DNA of 64,000 nucleotides from contig NC_068981.1 of the NCBI RefSeq assembly GCF_001194135.2, positions 101,953,681 to 102,017,680 on the forward strand. The letters are read 5' to 3'. This DNA comes from Octopus bimaculoides. Taxonomy: Eukaryota. Positions 13,891 to 28,116 of the stretch are shown piece by piece. Position 1 is the first letter of the stretch. Each line of letters begins with the position of its first letter. A model generated the notes under the pieces. That model was not told where the DNA came from, searched no databases, and was given only the letters and a program-made list of their open reading frames with translations. Position numbers and translations under genes: made by a program.

Positions 13891-15274
13891 CTCTAAGTGG
13901 TCACTCACTTACTAGAAATAGTAGCTTAAAGAAAAAAACAAGAACAAAATGACACTTTGAATAATGAAGTTCTTCTGTATGTACTAAACCTGAACGACTC
14001 TGATTATATGTCTGCTCAATCAGAGCTCACCACTAATACCACCACCACCACCACCACCACCAAAAGCATCTCCATAATCATCACCACCATTACTACAAAC
14101 AACAACAACAAAACCTATTTTCTATAATTGTCATTAGCGAGGCACAGTCGTCAACCATCCAATTTTTCATTGCTATACATAAGTTAGAGCTTGTTAGACC
14201 AGCCTTGTTAATATTCTGATATCTGCAGTTTTCCACAGAATGCATAGAAAGCAAGCCTGATACTGAAAGGAGTATGGCGAGTAATGAGATTACAGACTGA
14301 TTATATATCAGCTGTATTAGTGATGTTGCATGCATTTAACAGACTACAACAATAACAAGAACAATACAATAACAGTAACAACAACAGTTAGAACAGCAAC
14401 ATGATAACACCAGAAAAGTTTAGACAACATATAATATTACACACCTATTTGCATACAAGTGTATATGTACCAGAATATAGAGTATACATTTGCATATACA
14501 TACATATATAGAATTTTAATTACGTATTGTTCCATCAGAATGGCGACTTTTAAACATGCTTTATATTGGAAAACCTGATAGATTGATGTACTGATGTGAT
14601 ACTTGTGGCCGATATATGAGTATGTGTATCAATGAAAATGGTTCTCTCTCTCTCTCTACTCACACACGCATACACATGTAATCATCATCATCCTTTTAAC
14701 TTCAAACAGAGTTTGTTGAGGTAGATTTTCTAAAGCCAAATGCTCTTCCATCACCTCACCTGTTTTTTCATAGCAAGGTAATATTTCACCATGACTGGAC
14801 ATGTTGACATGGAAGATTGGAAGCAAAGGACACCATATGTATGATGTTGAAGTACATTTACAATTATAGTGTGATGTCAAGACAAGAAGACCCAGTGAGA
14901 TTGAACCTGAAACAATGTGGTTGGGGAGCAAATATCTTAACCACACACCCATGCCTGCACCTATATGTATGTATGTATGTATGTATGCATGCATGCATGT
15001 ATGTATAAATACACACACATGCATATATGTAAAAGAAGAACACAAGTGGAGTTCAAAATTCACAACAGTTGTCTTGAGAATATTTTATCAATGCATTACA
15101 TCATGGTAAAAAATCCTCCATCATCAAGTAAATTTTAAACATGTTCCATATAGTTGGTGAGCAAGTCAACTCCTGTTTCTACTTCACCTGTTTGTATCAG
15201 TAAATGAATTTCGATCTTATCTTCAAATAAAGGTATTTTCGATGCAGCGGCTTCCACTTACAATGAGACACTAG

Positions 15275-15462
15275 CAGCCAGCAAGTTCAGTGGCACATAT
15301 AAACCCATTATACTCTTAGAGTGGTTGGTGTTAGCAAGGGCATCCACCTGTAGAAACCATGCCAAATCAAACTGGAACTTGGTGCAGCTCTCCGGCTTAC
15401 CAGTTCCACTCAAACTGTCTAACTCATGCTAGCATGAGAAGCGGACACTAAATGATGATGAT
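15275..15462 (+). mobile_element. family B SINE / RTE tail
   Basis: GGCATCCACCTGTAGAAACCATGCC...ACTAAATGATGATGAT, similar to 7340-7498. Confidence 0.75.
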
Positions 15463-16115
15463 AAGGCGGTACAGTCATGGCTGTGAGGTTTGCCTCAAAG
15501 CCATGTAATTTCGGATTCCATACCACTAGTCGGTACCTTGTACAAGTTTCTTCTTCTATAGCATTAAGCTAATTTAGGCCAACTAATGTGAATAAAACTG
15601 AGTAGATGGAAACTATGTACATCTGTTGTATGTGTGCTAGTATATATGGATGCATATGTGTGAGCATCTGTATATATATATATGTGCGACTGCTTCTGTA
15701 TATCATCACATCATACTCCATAGGGGTAAAAACAGTGAGTCTGTTTATATCTCTTGTAAGCACTATATTCTGTATTTCAATGGCTTAGTTAGTGTGAAAT
15801 CCAGCAGAATAAATATACCTTACTTGGAAAATGAGTAAGGGGTGTCAACATGAAGGGTATCTAGCTGCAAAATAGTGATTTGGAATGTCTTATCCAATCT
15901 GTCTCAGCATGGTAATAGTGGATGAAAAAAAACCAATGATGATAGTGATATGTACACACAACACACGTGTATATTAAACCTGCAGGCACACACACACACG
16001 CACACATAGAATACACACATATATTAAATACACATATGCATATGTATACCCTCATCACTGCCATTATTATTATATATTTTCCAGGCTTGCATAGACTGGA
16101 CGTGTTCTCACTGGT

Positions 16116-16157
<42 letters not shown>

Positions 16158-16184
16158 GATATANNNNNNNNNNTTCTCACTGGT

Positions 16185-16226
<42 letters not shown>

Positions 16227-17553
16227 GATATACTGATAGATAGACAGATACAAAGAACTATTCATGTATCTGTGCATAGAATTGACTGCATGTCTGTATG
16301 GGTTGTATGCACATCTGTAAGTAAATACGAGCAAGTGTATATCCATAAATATGTGGAAGTGATTGCTTATGCATATCTATATGTGTAAGAGTGTATGCCT
16401 GTTTGTGTGGATATTATTTGCTTGTATGTATATATTTATGTGTTCTCATGTGCAATTGTGTAATGTGCCCAATAAAAAAAAAAAAANNNNNNNNNNNNNN
16501 NNNNNNNNNAAAAAAAAAAAAAAAGGAATATATTAAAAAAAAGCAGCATTTCTTTGGAGGATATTGTTTCAGTCAGTGCTGATATTGATGAATAATTTCA
16601 AGAATTAGCAGAGATAAGTGGTTCATGTCTCGTTAAGATATCGATGAAAATCGAGTCTCTTCAAATTGTTCTTATTCTATTGCTTTTCAATAGATTTCTC
16701 TTTCTCACCCCTCTTTTCACTCTTTGTTCTCTCTCTCTCTCTCCTTCTTTCCTTCTCTCTCACTGTCTAGGGAAAGGAATTGGTTATATTAAGCAATAAT
16801 CTCTGGCAAAAGTTCTATCATAACACAATGCCAAATGTAATAAAGAAATTATGCCTTTAATAGCCATGTCTCATTGTCTACGATGTAGTAACTCACTCTT
16901 GAGACTTCCTTCATGCATTGTCTTTTATTGGGAAAAAGAAATCCTTTGTTCCATTCAGCATTAACAAAAACTCTACATTTCTATTTTAGGTAGTGGGGAG
17001 AGGGTCCTTCCAGAGTTGTTTCTTAGATTGAGTTTTATGTTGTTAAACAAAAGTGAGATACATCTGTGTCTGGATAGGATATCAGACTATGTTGCATGTA
17101 TCATTTCTAGATAATATGACTGCGTGCACACGTGCATGTACACATACACATATGTTATTTTTACAGAAGTGACCTGACGGTGGAGAGTTTCATGCGTGGT
17201 AGGAACTTGCATTTGTAACTTTCTGCTAGTTAAAATTAAAAACATATATATATATATTATATGCACACACACATGTTTTGAGTTTTATTTCTTCCATTTG
17301 TTGTACCAAACCTATATATATATATATATATATATATATAGGTTTGATACAACGAATGGAAGAAATAAAACTCTCCACCCTCGAGTCACTTCTGTAAAAA
17401 TAATGTGTATGTGTGTGTGTGCATGCACGTGCTGTCATATTATCTACAAATGGTACATGAAGTTAAATATATGTCCTGTCATAGAATGACCAATGGTTTT
17501 GCATCCATAAAGTGCTTAACTTCTAGGCGACTCATCAGACTCTAATGGCTAAG

Positions 17554-17593
<40 letters not shown>

Positions 17594-17707
17594 CACACTT
17601 TATATACACTCACACACACTTTAGTCTTTACTAAATTTATACAGACACATGAACTTTGTGAAGACTAACGTATTAGTAAGTAGTAAAGATGACAAGACAC
17701 TAGTACT

Positions 17708-18645
17708 AACAGGGAAATGGTGATGTTTGGCATACAGAAAAAGAATAGGTAAAAAGTTGTATTCAATGTACTCAGATTAAAGGATGCCCACACAAAATGT
17801 GCAATGGAATCAGAGGAAGCCTACTGAAGAAGGTAGATTTTGTAAATGTTATCTTCTTCATACCAGTGGACACTAAGAGCACACTTAGAACAAATTCTCT
17901 TAAATGTTTTGATAGTTCTCTAGAAGTAATTGATAACTTCTGCTACTTGGTAACCTGATAAGCAGCAGAGATGGGGGCCTCTGAAAGTACATTAGCCTTG
18001 ATAAGAATGGCTTGGAAGAAGTTTAACCCTTTAGCATTCAACCTGGCCATATCCGGTACAAATATGGTATTTGTTTTATCTTCAAATTGGCCAGATGCAG
18101 CCTCTCATACCTACCCTAAATGCCATTCTAAAAAAACACAAAAAGCAATTGTATCATTGACTTCTTGAAACTAGGAGATAATGCACAGTGTTATATAATT
18201 GGTACCCATGCTGGTGGCATGTAAAAAGCACCCACTACACTCTTGGAGTGGTTGGCATTAGGAAAGGCATCCAGCTATAGAAACCATGCCAAATCAGATT
18301 GGAGCCTGGTGCAGCTCCCCAGCTTATCAGTTTTCAGAAAAACTGGCCATGCCATGCCAGCATGGAAAATGGATGTTAAATAATGATGATTGGTGAGTTC
18401 ATAACAATATGATTAAATAAGTACTACATTTGGCAGAATGTGAATGCTAAAGGGTTAAGGGGTATAGTTACCTTTTCTGGTAACAAAGAACTTCTTGGTC
18501 AGAGTAAAATGAAGGCTGTGTGAGGATTGTGTAGGAAATGCATTGTTGCATGGTAGCAAGACATGGGCTCTGAATGCAGAGAGTTTGTGAAGGGCAGAAA
18601 GAACTGGAGTAAGCATTCTTTGTTGGATGTGTAACGTCCAAAGTT
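17708..18645 (+). mobile_element. decayed RTE LINE fragment (post-RT region) split by a MITE
   Basis: Translates CIQCTQ...CNGIRGSLLKKVDFV...LEVIDNFCYL...LIRMAWKKF before 18026. It resumes after 18455 as LPFLVTK...LLHGSKTWALNAE...ILCWMCNV. Confidence 0.75.
18027..18454. mobile_element. piggyBac-type MITE family 1 containing a family B insertion (about 18205-18390)
   Basis: TTAA|CCCTTTAGCATTCA ... TGAATGCTAAAGGG|TTAA: perfect 14-bp TIR and TTAA TSD. Confidence 0.85.
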
Positions 18646-19354
18646 ATGATAATCAGAAATAGTAAGTAGTCTAATATTTCTGAGAGACACCATCAAGTAC
18701 TTAAACTGATCTTAAAATAAAGTGAAAATCTCAAAAGCACCACCATCAACAGTAAAAACAGAAATAACAATATGACCCTGTGAGCTCCATATGTCAGTCA
18801 CACATATTACAAACTCAAATATTTACACTCCTTTACTGAAATGATGGAAGATAGTTAACCACATTGGACAGGTGTGATGATCTCAATTTCAAATTGTTGA
18901 GTAGGTCTCACAGAACATGATGAAAAAAGTTCATGTTAAGTGGAAGTCAATTTTGCAAGGTTAAAATTACAATCATTCTCAATAAAACACTTCCCCAACA
19001 CTGAAATAATTTTGAAATGCTGCCAATCTTTATATGCACATGCATGTATGCGTGTATGAGTGTGTGTATGTGTGCATGTATACAGCAAGCATGCATACTT
19101 GTATTGTGTGTGAGTTCCTTCATGTCTATTTGCTTGTGTGCATATGCATAGTACAGGCATTGATACATATACATGTATAAATAGATTCAAATATAAGCCA
19201 CAATCACAATACACATCTTAATAATGTATATAAATACACTTTCATAAAAACAGTTACATCTACTCACTCTTCTCTTTCATCATTCACAAACACGTACAAA
19301 TATATACACATATATATGAGCATACACACACGGATAGACAGATAGAGGCAGGCA

Positions 19355-19380
19355 GGCAGGCCGGTAGGTAGGTAGATAGG

Positions 19381-19420
<40 letters not shown>

Positions 19421-19445
19421 AACATAGATAGAAACATAGATAGAT
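19355..19445. repeat. (GGCA)n-(GGTA)n-(GATA)n tetranucleotide microsatellite
   Basis: Directly visible. Confidence 0.9.
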
Positions 19446-22400
19446 CTCCACATTATTGAGCAAATTGAATGAAGCCATATTATTTGCCAGGAAACACAGC
19501 CAAAATATATTAATAAAGTAATTAACAAATTTTATTTGGGATCTCCGTAAGCAGGAATGCAAACCTTAAACTGATTGTAAGCTTTGTAGTGGGTGCCAGC
19601 CTTTGGCATCAAACATAGGTTTTGAGTTACTTCAGAATATGTATGTTGCCAAAAGATCATTCACCCACTTTTACCCTCTTCTATTTCTTTAAATTGAACC
19701 AGTAACCTTTATTTAAGTTCTTAAAGTAATAAATATAGTTAAGTGGCTGGCCAGAGGTAGGTTCCAAAGAGTAAGTGGCCCTATCAACCATATTGTAATC
19801 ATATTTTATTCTTATTGAAATACACTTTCAATGTGCATTCAATTCATTTTGAAAATAAAAAAATTTGTGGAATTTATTAACATACCTAACTCTACCTTTA
19901 TTAAGCTGGTGTTTGGAACATAACCACAATAAAAGTTCTTTAAAATTATAAATTGTTTTAATCTAGACATTAATCAACAACACAATAACCCATACACACA
20001 CGTGGTGAAGGTGTGTGGTTTAGTGGTTAGGTATTCAGCTCAAGATCATAAGGTCTTGAGTTCAATTCCAGGTGGCACATTGTGTCCTTGTGTCTATGTT
20101 GCTCCAGTCCACTCGGCTGGTAAAAATGAGTTGTACCTGTAATTCATAGTGCCAATTTTGTCATATTCTGCTTCATGCTGAGTCTCCCTGAGAACTACGT
20201 TAAAGGTACACGTGTCTGTGGATTGCTCAGCCACTTGCATGTTAATTTTATAATTCTATGAATAGGCTGTTCTGTTGATTACTTGGAACACTTGTCAAAA
20301 CTGATTGAGTGCCACCTTAATGTATACAAACGTATGTATATACATTCACACATGTGCGTGTTTGTGTGTATATGTATACACACACACGCACACACATGTT
20401 GCAGTCAGTTGGCATCAAATAGGTTGCTTTGTGGTTATTGTTCTAGCTCTCTGCATCCTGAATTCAAATTTTGCCAGGTCAGCTGAGTTGTTCTTCATTT
20501 TGAGGTTAATATAGAAAGCACCAGTCCTGCACAGGGACCGAGTCTTTTCTCTCTCTCTCTCTCTCTCTCTCTCACCCATTTTTTCCTTCTTTTAGTCATA
20601 ATCACTCCTACAGGAAAAAAATTGAGACTGCAGTGAGTTCTGGAGGGAGATGGGTCATCCAGGTCTAAAAAATGTCCAGTACATACCATGGGCTATACCA
20701 TGCCCCTTTGACTTCATCAAGAGGTTAAAGGACTAAGGCATATGTATAAAAAGTGAGAGAGACTGACGTACATACATACATGCATGCATGCATACACACA
20801 GACACGTGATACATGCATACAAGCATACATACATACATACAGACAGACACACATACATACATATATACCAACAGAGATAATGAGAAATATTGAGACCGAC
20901 AGACACACTTAATGAATAGATGTGTATGTTTCTTTATGTGTCACAAACTTTCATACAGTAGATATTTAGCACGAATCAGATGAAATAATACAATACTTCA
21001 TCTACTTGGCTATTTCGTCTCTTTATAACAAAGCCAACATAGACAAAATAAACAGAAAAAAAAAAGAACATGTAAAATATAAATAATATGGTAAATGGCA
21101 AGCCAAAAGTAAATTGAATAGCCCAGCAACACCATCTGAACTGCCTGAATAGAAAAAAATGTTCTTACTTTACATGATTCTAAACAAAACATTACATATA
21201 AATTTACAAAAATAGAATACAAGTGAATACTGGAAGTTCAATATATGTAGCGAATATCTAAATATCTGAAATGAGCTGTAGTCAATAAGATTGTAATTTG
21301 TCTGACTATCAAACTCATACTGAGAGATGAAAACATTTTTTAATATCTACAAACTCACTAAAGGCAATGGATGGGAAAAACGAGAGTTGGACAAAATATC
21401 TTGCAGTATTTAGTAATGCTGCTTATTTTCTGAAACCAATTTCGTCTATCATGTGTTTGTGTACTAGAGCAATGGTTGTATATAAGTGTCACCCCCACTT
21501 TACAAAGTGTCTTTTGTTTCCAACCTTCCATGGAAATGTGTTTGGCTCTAGGGAAACAGAAGCTTATTTGGAAACGGGTGAGGACTGGAATGAGATGAAG
21601 ATAGGTATCAGGCTGTAGAAAATTTACCTCAATGAATTCTGTCCGTGCAAGCATAGAAAACTGAACGTTAAAACAATGATGGTAACTGTACAGATATATA
21701 TCATCATCTTTTTTACGCCCATGGATCAGATAGAATTTATTGAGGCAGATTTTCTACAACTGGATGTCAACCTCACCTGTTTCCAAATAAGCTAATACTT
21801 CTTGATAGCTAAATATATTTGCATGAAAGATTCGAAACAAATAATATTGTTTCCATGACAATGACACTCATTTACAACTAGCATGCACTGTCAAGATAAG
21901 GAGATGCTTACTCACACACACGGGTATTGTTGATCAGCTTTTTTTAGTTTCCATCTATGAAATACATTCACAAAACTGGTCAGTAAAGAACCTTAGTAGA
22001 AGACAAGAGGAATGAACCTAGAACCATGTAGTTGGGAAGCAAACCTCTTAACCACACAACTACACCTGTGCCTATAGCCACTGGAAACTGAAAACTTCGC
22101 AAATTGTTACTCTGAGTTTCTCAATTTTGATCTTTGGACAGTTATTGGCACCACAACCACAATTATCTGAGGACTGTCACAGTTGATTGAATATTAGAAA
22201 TGAGAAACCTGGAGTAATGACATTTGAAGCTTTCAGCAGTTTCTGATAAATACACTAAACAGCTCTACTTTCAGTATTGTGTACTCTGTGTTCTCCCCTG
22301 TGTTTGCATGTGTATCTTTTAAAGATACACATGCACACACACACAAATATGCATGTATGTGTGTACAGATACATATATGTATGTACATGCACATACATAG

Positions 22401-23149
22401 ACATACACACGTATGTATATACATACACGTAAGTATATACATACACGTATGTATATACATATATGTATATTCCTTTTACTATATTTTATCTCAATGCTGC
22501 TTATCTCTAAGAGGTTTTCATTGAATACTGACAATATTAACATGAGAAGTAGATAATAAAATACAAAATATTAAAAAAAAACAACAAAAACAAAACAACA
22601 AAAGAATAAGATACAAAAAAATATATACCTCCATACCTCCTTACATACACATTGCCTCTACCACTTTCCATACACAAACAGATATAATATAAAAAGGAAT
22701 GGTACGAATGAAAGTTGAAAAGATAGCAAGAATGTTTCTATGTGAGCTAAACTTATCAACAAAACAGTTGTACAGTTGTTTACAGTAAACAAGCTGCATT
22801 TTTTGGCAGTTCACTATATTTGCTACTACAAGATTCTATTATTGTTATAATAATATTTAAGTGGGGTTTTCCTCTAGGATTCTTTGATAGCAAAATATGA
22901 CATTTACACAATGTGTTTATGTGTGTGCGTATCTGTAGATAATTTTCAGACTATGCATGCAACTATAAGCACAATAATTGTAGGCCAAAAATCTATTATA
23001 TAATCGTAGTTGTGTGTAGTTAGATATCAAAGAAGTATCATCACCATTATTATCGTTTTCTGTTTGTTTTCTATGGTTGTTTGTATGGATTGAGCAAGTC
23101 TTTGCCAACACAGTGTAGTCCCACTTCTTACTATATATATATATATATA

Positions 23150-23298
23150 TAGGCTTCTTTCAATTTCCGTCTACCAAATCCATTCATAAAGTTTTAGTCA
23201 GCCCAAGGCTATAGTAGAAGACACTTGCCCAAGGTGCTACGCAATGGGACTGAACCAGAACCATGTGGTTGGGAAGCAAGCTTCTTACTACGCAGCCA
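23150..23298 (-). mobile_element. SINE family A head fragment
   Basis: Collinear with 2580-2745. Confidence 0.75.
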
Positions 23299-23299
23299 T

Positions 23300-23800
23300 A
23301 TAGAAAGGAATCAGAGTACATCTGAGAGTTAGTTGTAGCAGTGAGTTGATTGTGCACTGATAAAGTTGATGGAAAGTAGGTTATCACATCTCCAGTAGAG
23401 AGAATATTTTCGAGGTCTCTGTTCATGGAAGCACTGTATGTTTGGGTGTGGCATGTCTAAGTTTTGTGAGTGATGGTGTAAATGTGTGCAGAGTTAAAGT
23501 TGAATGAAGAATTCTGTTCTATCACTTGCTTAGGAGTTTGTGTGTGTGAAGTAAGCTATGAAAGCTGGTAGGTCATTAATGTACAGTGAGATTTATGAGA
23601 GATACATTACAAATCTTTGGAATTCACTAGAGTTTACAGAATGTTGGTTGAAGGCAGTCCCATCATCACTTGATAGAATAAGGTGGTCTGACAGGAGATC
23701 TCTAGTCCAAGAGAACTAAAATCTAACCAACAGGTAGGTAGCATAGCATAGGCATGAGATACCTATGCTAGACGTGGTCAAAGGTCTGCATATGTAAAGA
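23300..23800 (-). mobile_element. highly decayed CR1/L2/Jockey-like RT fragment
   Basis: Minus frames give QTFDHV*HR (KAFDRVWH-like), WTRDLLSDH (WIRDFLSDR-like) and SVNS..QRFVM...LYINDL (SVNSGVPQGSVL...FINDL-like), with many stops and frameshifts. Confidence 0.55.
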
Positions 23801-24002
23801 GTAAAAACATTGGTTTCACAAAAATTATCAAGGATAAGAAACTATGAGATCAAACCACAAGCAGAGCTGGTTCTATAGAAACCATACTAGTGATCAGTAA
23901 GAGGTTAAAAAGAGACAAGCACATGATGATAAAGGACGTGGTTGTTTCTCTAATCTTTGAGATGTTAGAAGCAAAGGCAATAAGTCGATAAGAGAGAAAG
24001 AA

Positions 24003-24232
24003 GGCGAGCTGGCAGAAACGTTAGCATGCTGGGCGAAATGCTTAGCGGTATTTCGTCTGCCGTTACATTCCGAGTTCAAATTCCGCTGAGGTCGACTTTG
24101 CCTTTCATCCTTTCGGGGTCGATTAAATAAGTACCAGTTATGCACTGGGGTTGATATAATTGACTTAATCCGTTTGTCTGTCCTTGTTTGCCCCCTTTGT
24201 GTGCAGCCCGTGTGGGCAGTAAAGAAATAAGA
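24003..24232 (+). mobile_element. tRNA-derived SINE family C, well-preserved copy
   Basis: GGCGAGCTGGCAGAAACGTTAGC head, B-box GAGTTCAAATTCC, core GTCGACTTTGCCTTTCATCCTTTCGGGGTCGAT. Confidence 0.85.
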
Positions 24233-24819
24233 GAGAAAGAAGTTGCTTTCCTTGGAAATGAAACACACTGTTCTGGTATGCTTACAGGGATTGGGAGAGA
24301 GTTCTGCAGAAAGAGAGAGAGAGAGAGAAAGATTTAAGGATTTAGTAAGGATAGGATGTGGCTTTATTTAATGGTAAATTGATTTAATTTAATGCTAATG
24401 GTAAATATGTATTTACTATGGGGATGGATGCAGAACAGAGAAGGAATGTTTGGTGGGAGCTTTATGAGTGCAGTATAATATGCAGAGACAGAGGCAGGAA
24501 AAATAGAAATAAAACTAATGTGGTAGTTTTAACTATAGGGGTGCTACTTACAGAGTCATTGATATTGCAAGTGGAATGTAGAAGCACTTGACATGTGTCT
24601 ACTGATGTACAGGCATGTGTATTTTTATATATAAGTATGTACAAAGATGAACAATTGATTTAGTAAAGACAAGTGGAGAGAGAGAGAGAGAGGGGGGGGA
24701 GTGAAGAAAGTGGATACAAAAGAAATGAGAATTGAGTGTAGAGATTTTGCAACATCATACATGTTTGATCTTCAGCACAATGCTGACATAAAAATCTAAG
24801 TTTTCTGTGTGTCTCAGTG

Positions 24820-24861
<42 letters not shown>

Positions 24862-25043
24862 AATACATACATATGGGATACACACGAACGCACACACACA
24901 CACAAACAATGTCCCATAAGTTAACATTAAAATAAGTCATATATTTGAAAACCTGGCAGGCTTATAGGATATCTAGCATTAATACATGTGAATAGGTACA
25001 CACATCCATGCATGCATAAACATATACATACACCCATAGTATG

Positions 25044-25076
<33 letters not shown>

Positions 25077-25751
25077 GTTTGCATTTAAGAATATATGGAA
25101 ATTTATGAGATGGTTAATAAATAATACATAAGAGACACAGAAAGAAGTTAAACACACACACATCACATACACCTATGCAAATAAAAATAAAAACAAGGAA
25201 ACCCGCTTCTACAGTCTCAATGAGTAAAGCTATTTATAACAAGTATATTCATCAGAAGCCAGTTTATTGCACAGATACGTGAGAATGTGAAAGTATTAAG
25301 AGAGATAAGCAGTTTTACATCTTCACATATTTCCTCTGAATATTCTTTAAGTAGGCACGGTTGCTATCAACATTATTTCGTTGAATAACGTGCAAAATGT
25401 CACGAAGACAGAGCAAACAGAGAATAGTAATTCTTGAACCATTTACATAACTCAAGGTATGAAATTGAAAAAAAAAAAAAAGAAAACAAGGAAAAGAACT
25501 TTATTTCAAAAATAACATAAATATTTATTTACGAGATGCACATTATAATGATAAACAGAGTCAATCATTTGACCTTTACATCTTTTTTATAAAAACCAGA
25601 TGCAGGCTTGGATTGATCACTAAACAATATAAACATATCCTAAAAATACTATGAGAAAAAGGGCACCACAAAGGGGTTCCTTCCAAGTGTCAGATTTACT
25701 ACAATGTTAATAATGAATTATAACAATAAGCTTATTATATATATATTATAT

Positions 25752-26165
25752 TACTCTTTTACTTGTTTCAGTCATTTGACTGTGGCCATGCTGGAGCACT
25801 GCGTTTAGTCGAGCAAATTGACCCCAGGACTTATTCTTTGTAAGCCTAGTACTTATTCTATCGGTCTCTTTTGCCAAAATGCTAAATTACGGGGATGTAA
25901 ACATACCAGCATCAGTTGTCAAGTGATGTTGGGGGCACAAACACACACACAAACATATACACACACATACATACATACATACATACATGCATGCATACAT
26001 ACATATATATATACGATGGGCTTCTTCAATTTCCGTCTACCAAATCCACTCACAAGGCTTTGGTCGGCCCGAGGCTATAGTAGAAGACACTTGCCCAAGG
26101 TGCTATGCGGTGGGAATGAACCCAGAACCATGTGGTTCGTAAGCAAGCTAATTACTACACACCCA
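25752..26165 (-). mobile_element. SINE family A, near full length
   Basis: Collinear with 2367-2745 over the whole length. Confidence 0.85.
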
Positions 26166-26340
26166 CGGCACAAGGCCAGCAGTTTTGAAGTAGGGGTTAA
26201 GTTGATTAAATCAACCCTGGTTCTCGACTGATACTTATCGACCCCAAAAGGATGAAAAGCAAAATTGAAATTTAAACTCAGAACATAAGGACGGACAAAA
26301 TGCCACAAAACATTTTGCTTGGCTTCCTAATGATTCTGTC
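26166..26340 (-). mobile_element. SINE family C
   Basis: Reverse complement of the family C core and tail. Confidence 0.7.
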
Positions 26341-27034
26341 AGCTTTTATATACATATATTATATTATATTATAAAATGCAGAAGACATGCATTTTCCTTT
26401 TGCCTTAGTTATAATAATTAATCTGTTTGTGTTGCTTATGTTTGTTTAGTGATAAATAAAAATTTAAAATAAGTTATATTTAAATTGTATCTTGGACCAG
26501 ACATTAAACTGCATCTGATGTTGAAATGCCCAGACCAGAAATTCAGAAGTTTTGGGTGAGCATGCAAAAATTTCTAAGTCACCACTTCTCTTAAGTCTGT
26601 CCTGACCTGGGATGGTAGTATCAATCAGAGACCCCAGTTATGGGTCGAATGGCAAAAGATGGTCCTATTGCCATGGCATACAGGTGTGGGAGAAGTGCTG
26701 GCTTTTGGACATGTCATTACATGTGTACTGATGTGTGGACATGCTCTAATGTTATGCAAACCAGTCCTGCTGCTTAGGGGCTGAATAAGTCTGGTGTCTC
26801 AAGGGTAAATTTGATAGAACAGGAGACTAGCAGAGTAAATTGTAAATAAACCAGTAGAACGCAATGGGAAACCACTAATGTATACTACCAAAGAAAAGTT
26901 ATGAAAACACTACCTTTTATATCTCAGAACTACTTTAACCCTTTTGTTGCCTTATTTTGCCTTTGTTTCAATTAATTTTGAAAAGAAATGAAAGATTTAG
27001 TAAAATAACTGTCATTATGAATCTGGCAATTAAG

Positions 27035-27245
27035 GCAGCAAGTTGGCAAAATTGCTAGCACTCTGGACAAAACGCTTAATGACGTTTCATCTGTCTTTAC
27101 ATTCTAAGTTCAAATTCTGCTGAGAATGACATACCAATCATTCTTTTGGGATTGATAAAATAAGTACCGGTTGAGCCCCGGAGCTGATGTAATCAATTCA
27201 CTCCCACCCCTGAAATTGCTGGCCTTGTGCCAAAATTTGAAACCA
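27035..27245 (+). mobile_element. SINE family C
   Basis: Head, GTTCAAATTC box and tail GCTGGCCTTGTGCCAAAATTTGAAACC. Confidence 0.75.
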
Positions 27246-28017
27246 TTTTTATTCTGGCATATGGAACCTGATACCAGATTAGCTGGCTGGAAACTTGCAA
27301 TGAATGACATCACTGTTCACAGAATATATTGCTTGAATCATCCAGTTTAACACCCTAACCTGGTACTTTAGGTGTCATTAGCACAGTCCACTTTGTTGCA
27401 GGCATTCAGGCTAGGCCTCTGATTTTAGGATATCTTCCTTCCTCCCACCAGTCTTCAAGGTCCCATAAACAGTTATAGCCACTACTTTCTCTCTTGACTA
27501 AAAGCAAACAAATAAATAAAATAGCCATGGCTGGAATATCATTGATCATAAGTCTACTTGATCAGAGCATACATAGGTCTAAACAACAACTCACAGCTCT
27601 TGTATTTTAATGAAAGCAGGCTTGCCTACCAATCAGTCATATTGCTTTTTATGGATATGGACAAGAATATTTGTAAGTGCATTATACCACCTACACTGCT
27701 GAAGCAATAATTTATTCTAGAAAATATAGATATCTAAATCTGTGCTACTAATCTAACCTACCTATGTGCAAGGAACATAAAGGATTTTTTTTTCTTCTTT
27801 ACATTTTTTCTGGTTTCACATTTAGATATTTGTTCTAAAAACAAATTATTATTTCTATAGTTAGCAAAATCGTTAAGACAATTTAATAGCTAATGTAAAT
27901 GTCTATTGGATTTTCATGAATAGATATTACTATACATATACATATACATATATATATATACACACACACACACACATATATATATGCAGACATCTCTCTT
28001 TCTCTCTCCCTTTCTCT

Positions 28018-28116
<99 letters not shown>

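Noticed and set aside
14093-14335. 80-aa minus-strand ORF with a signal-peptide-like start
   Set aside because: No convincing donor, no recognisable motif, and the length is attainable by chance.
16105-16232. Tandem duplicate TTCTCACTGGTAAA(GA)nATAGATATA either side of a 10-N gap
   Set aside because: Typical unmerged contig overlap or allelic microsatellite length difference.
20596-20632. 37-nt plus-strand exon with strong splice sites
   Set aside because: The acceptor pyrimidine tract derives partly from a (CT)n microsatellite, it is frame-shifting and it has no supporting partner exon.
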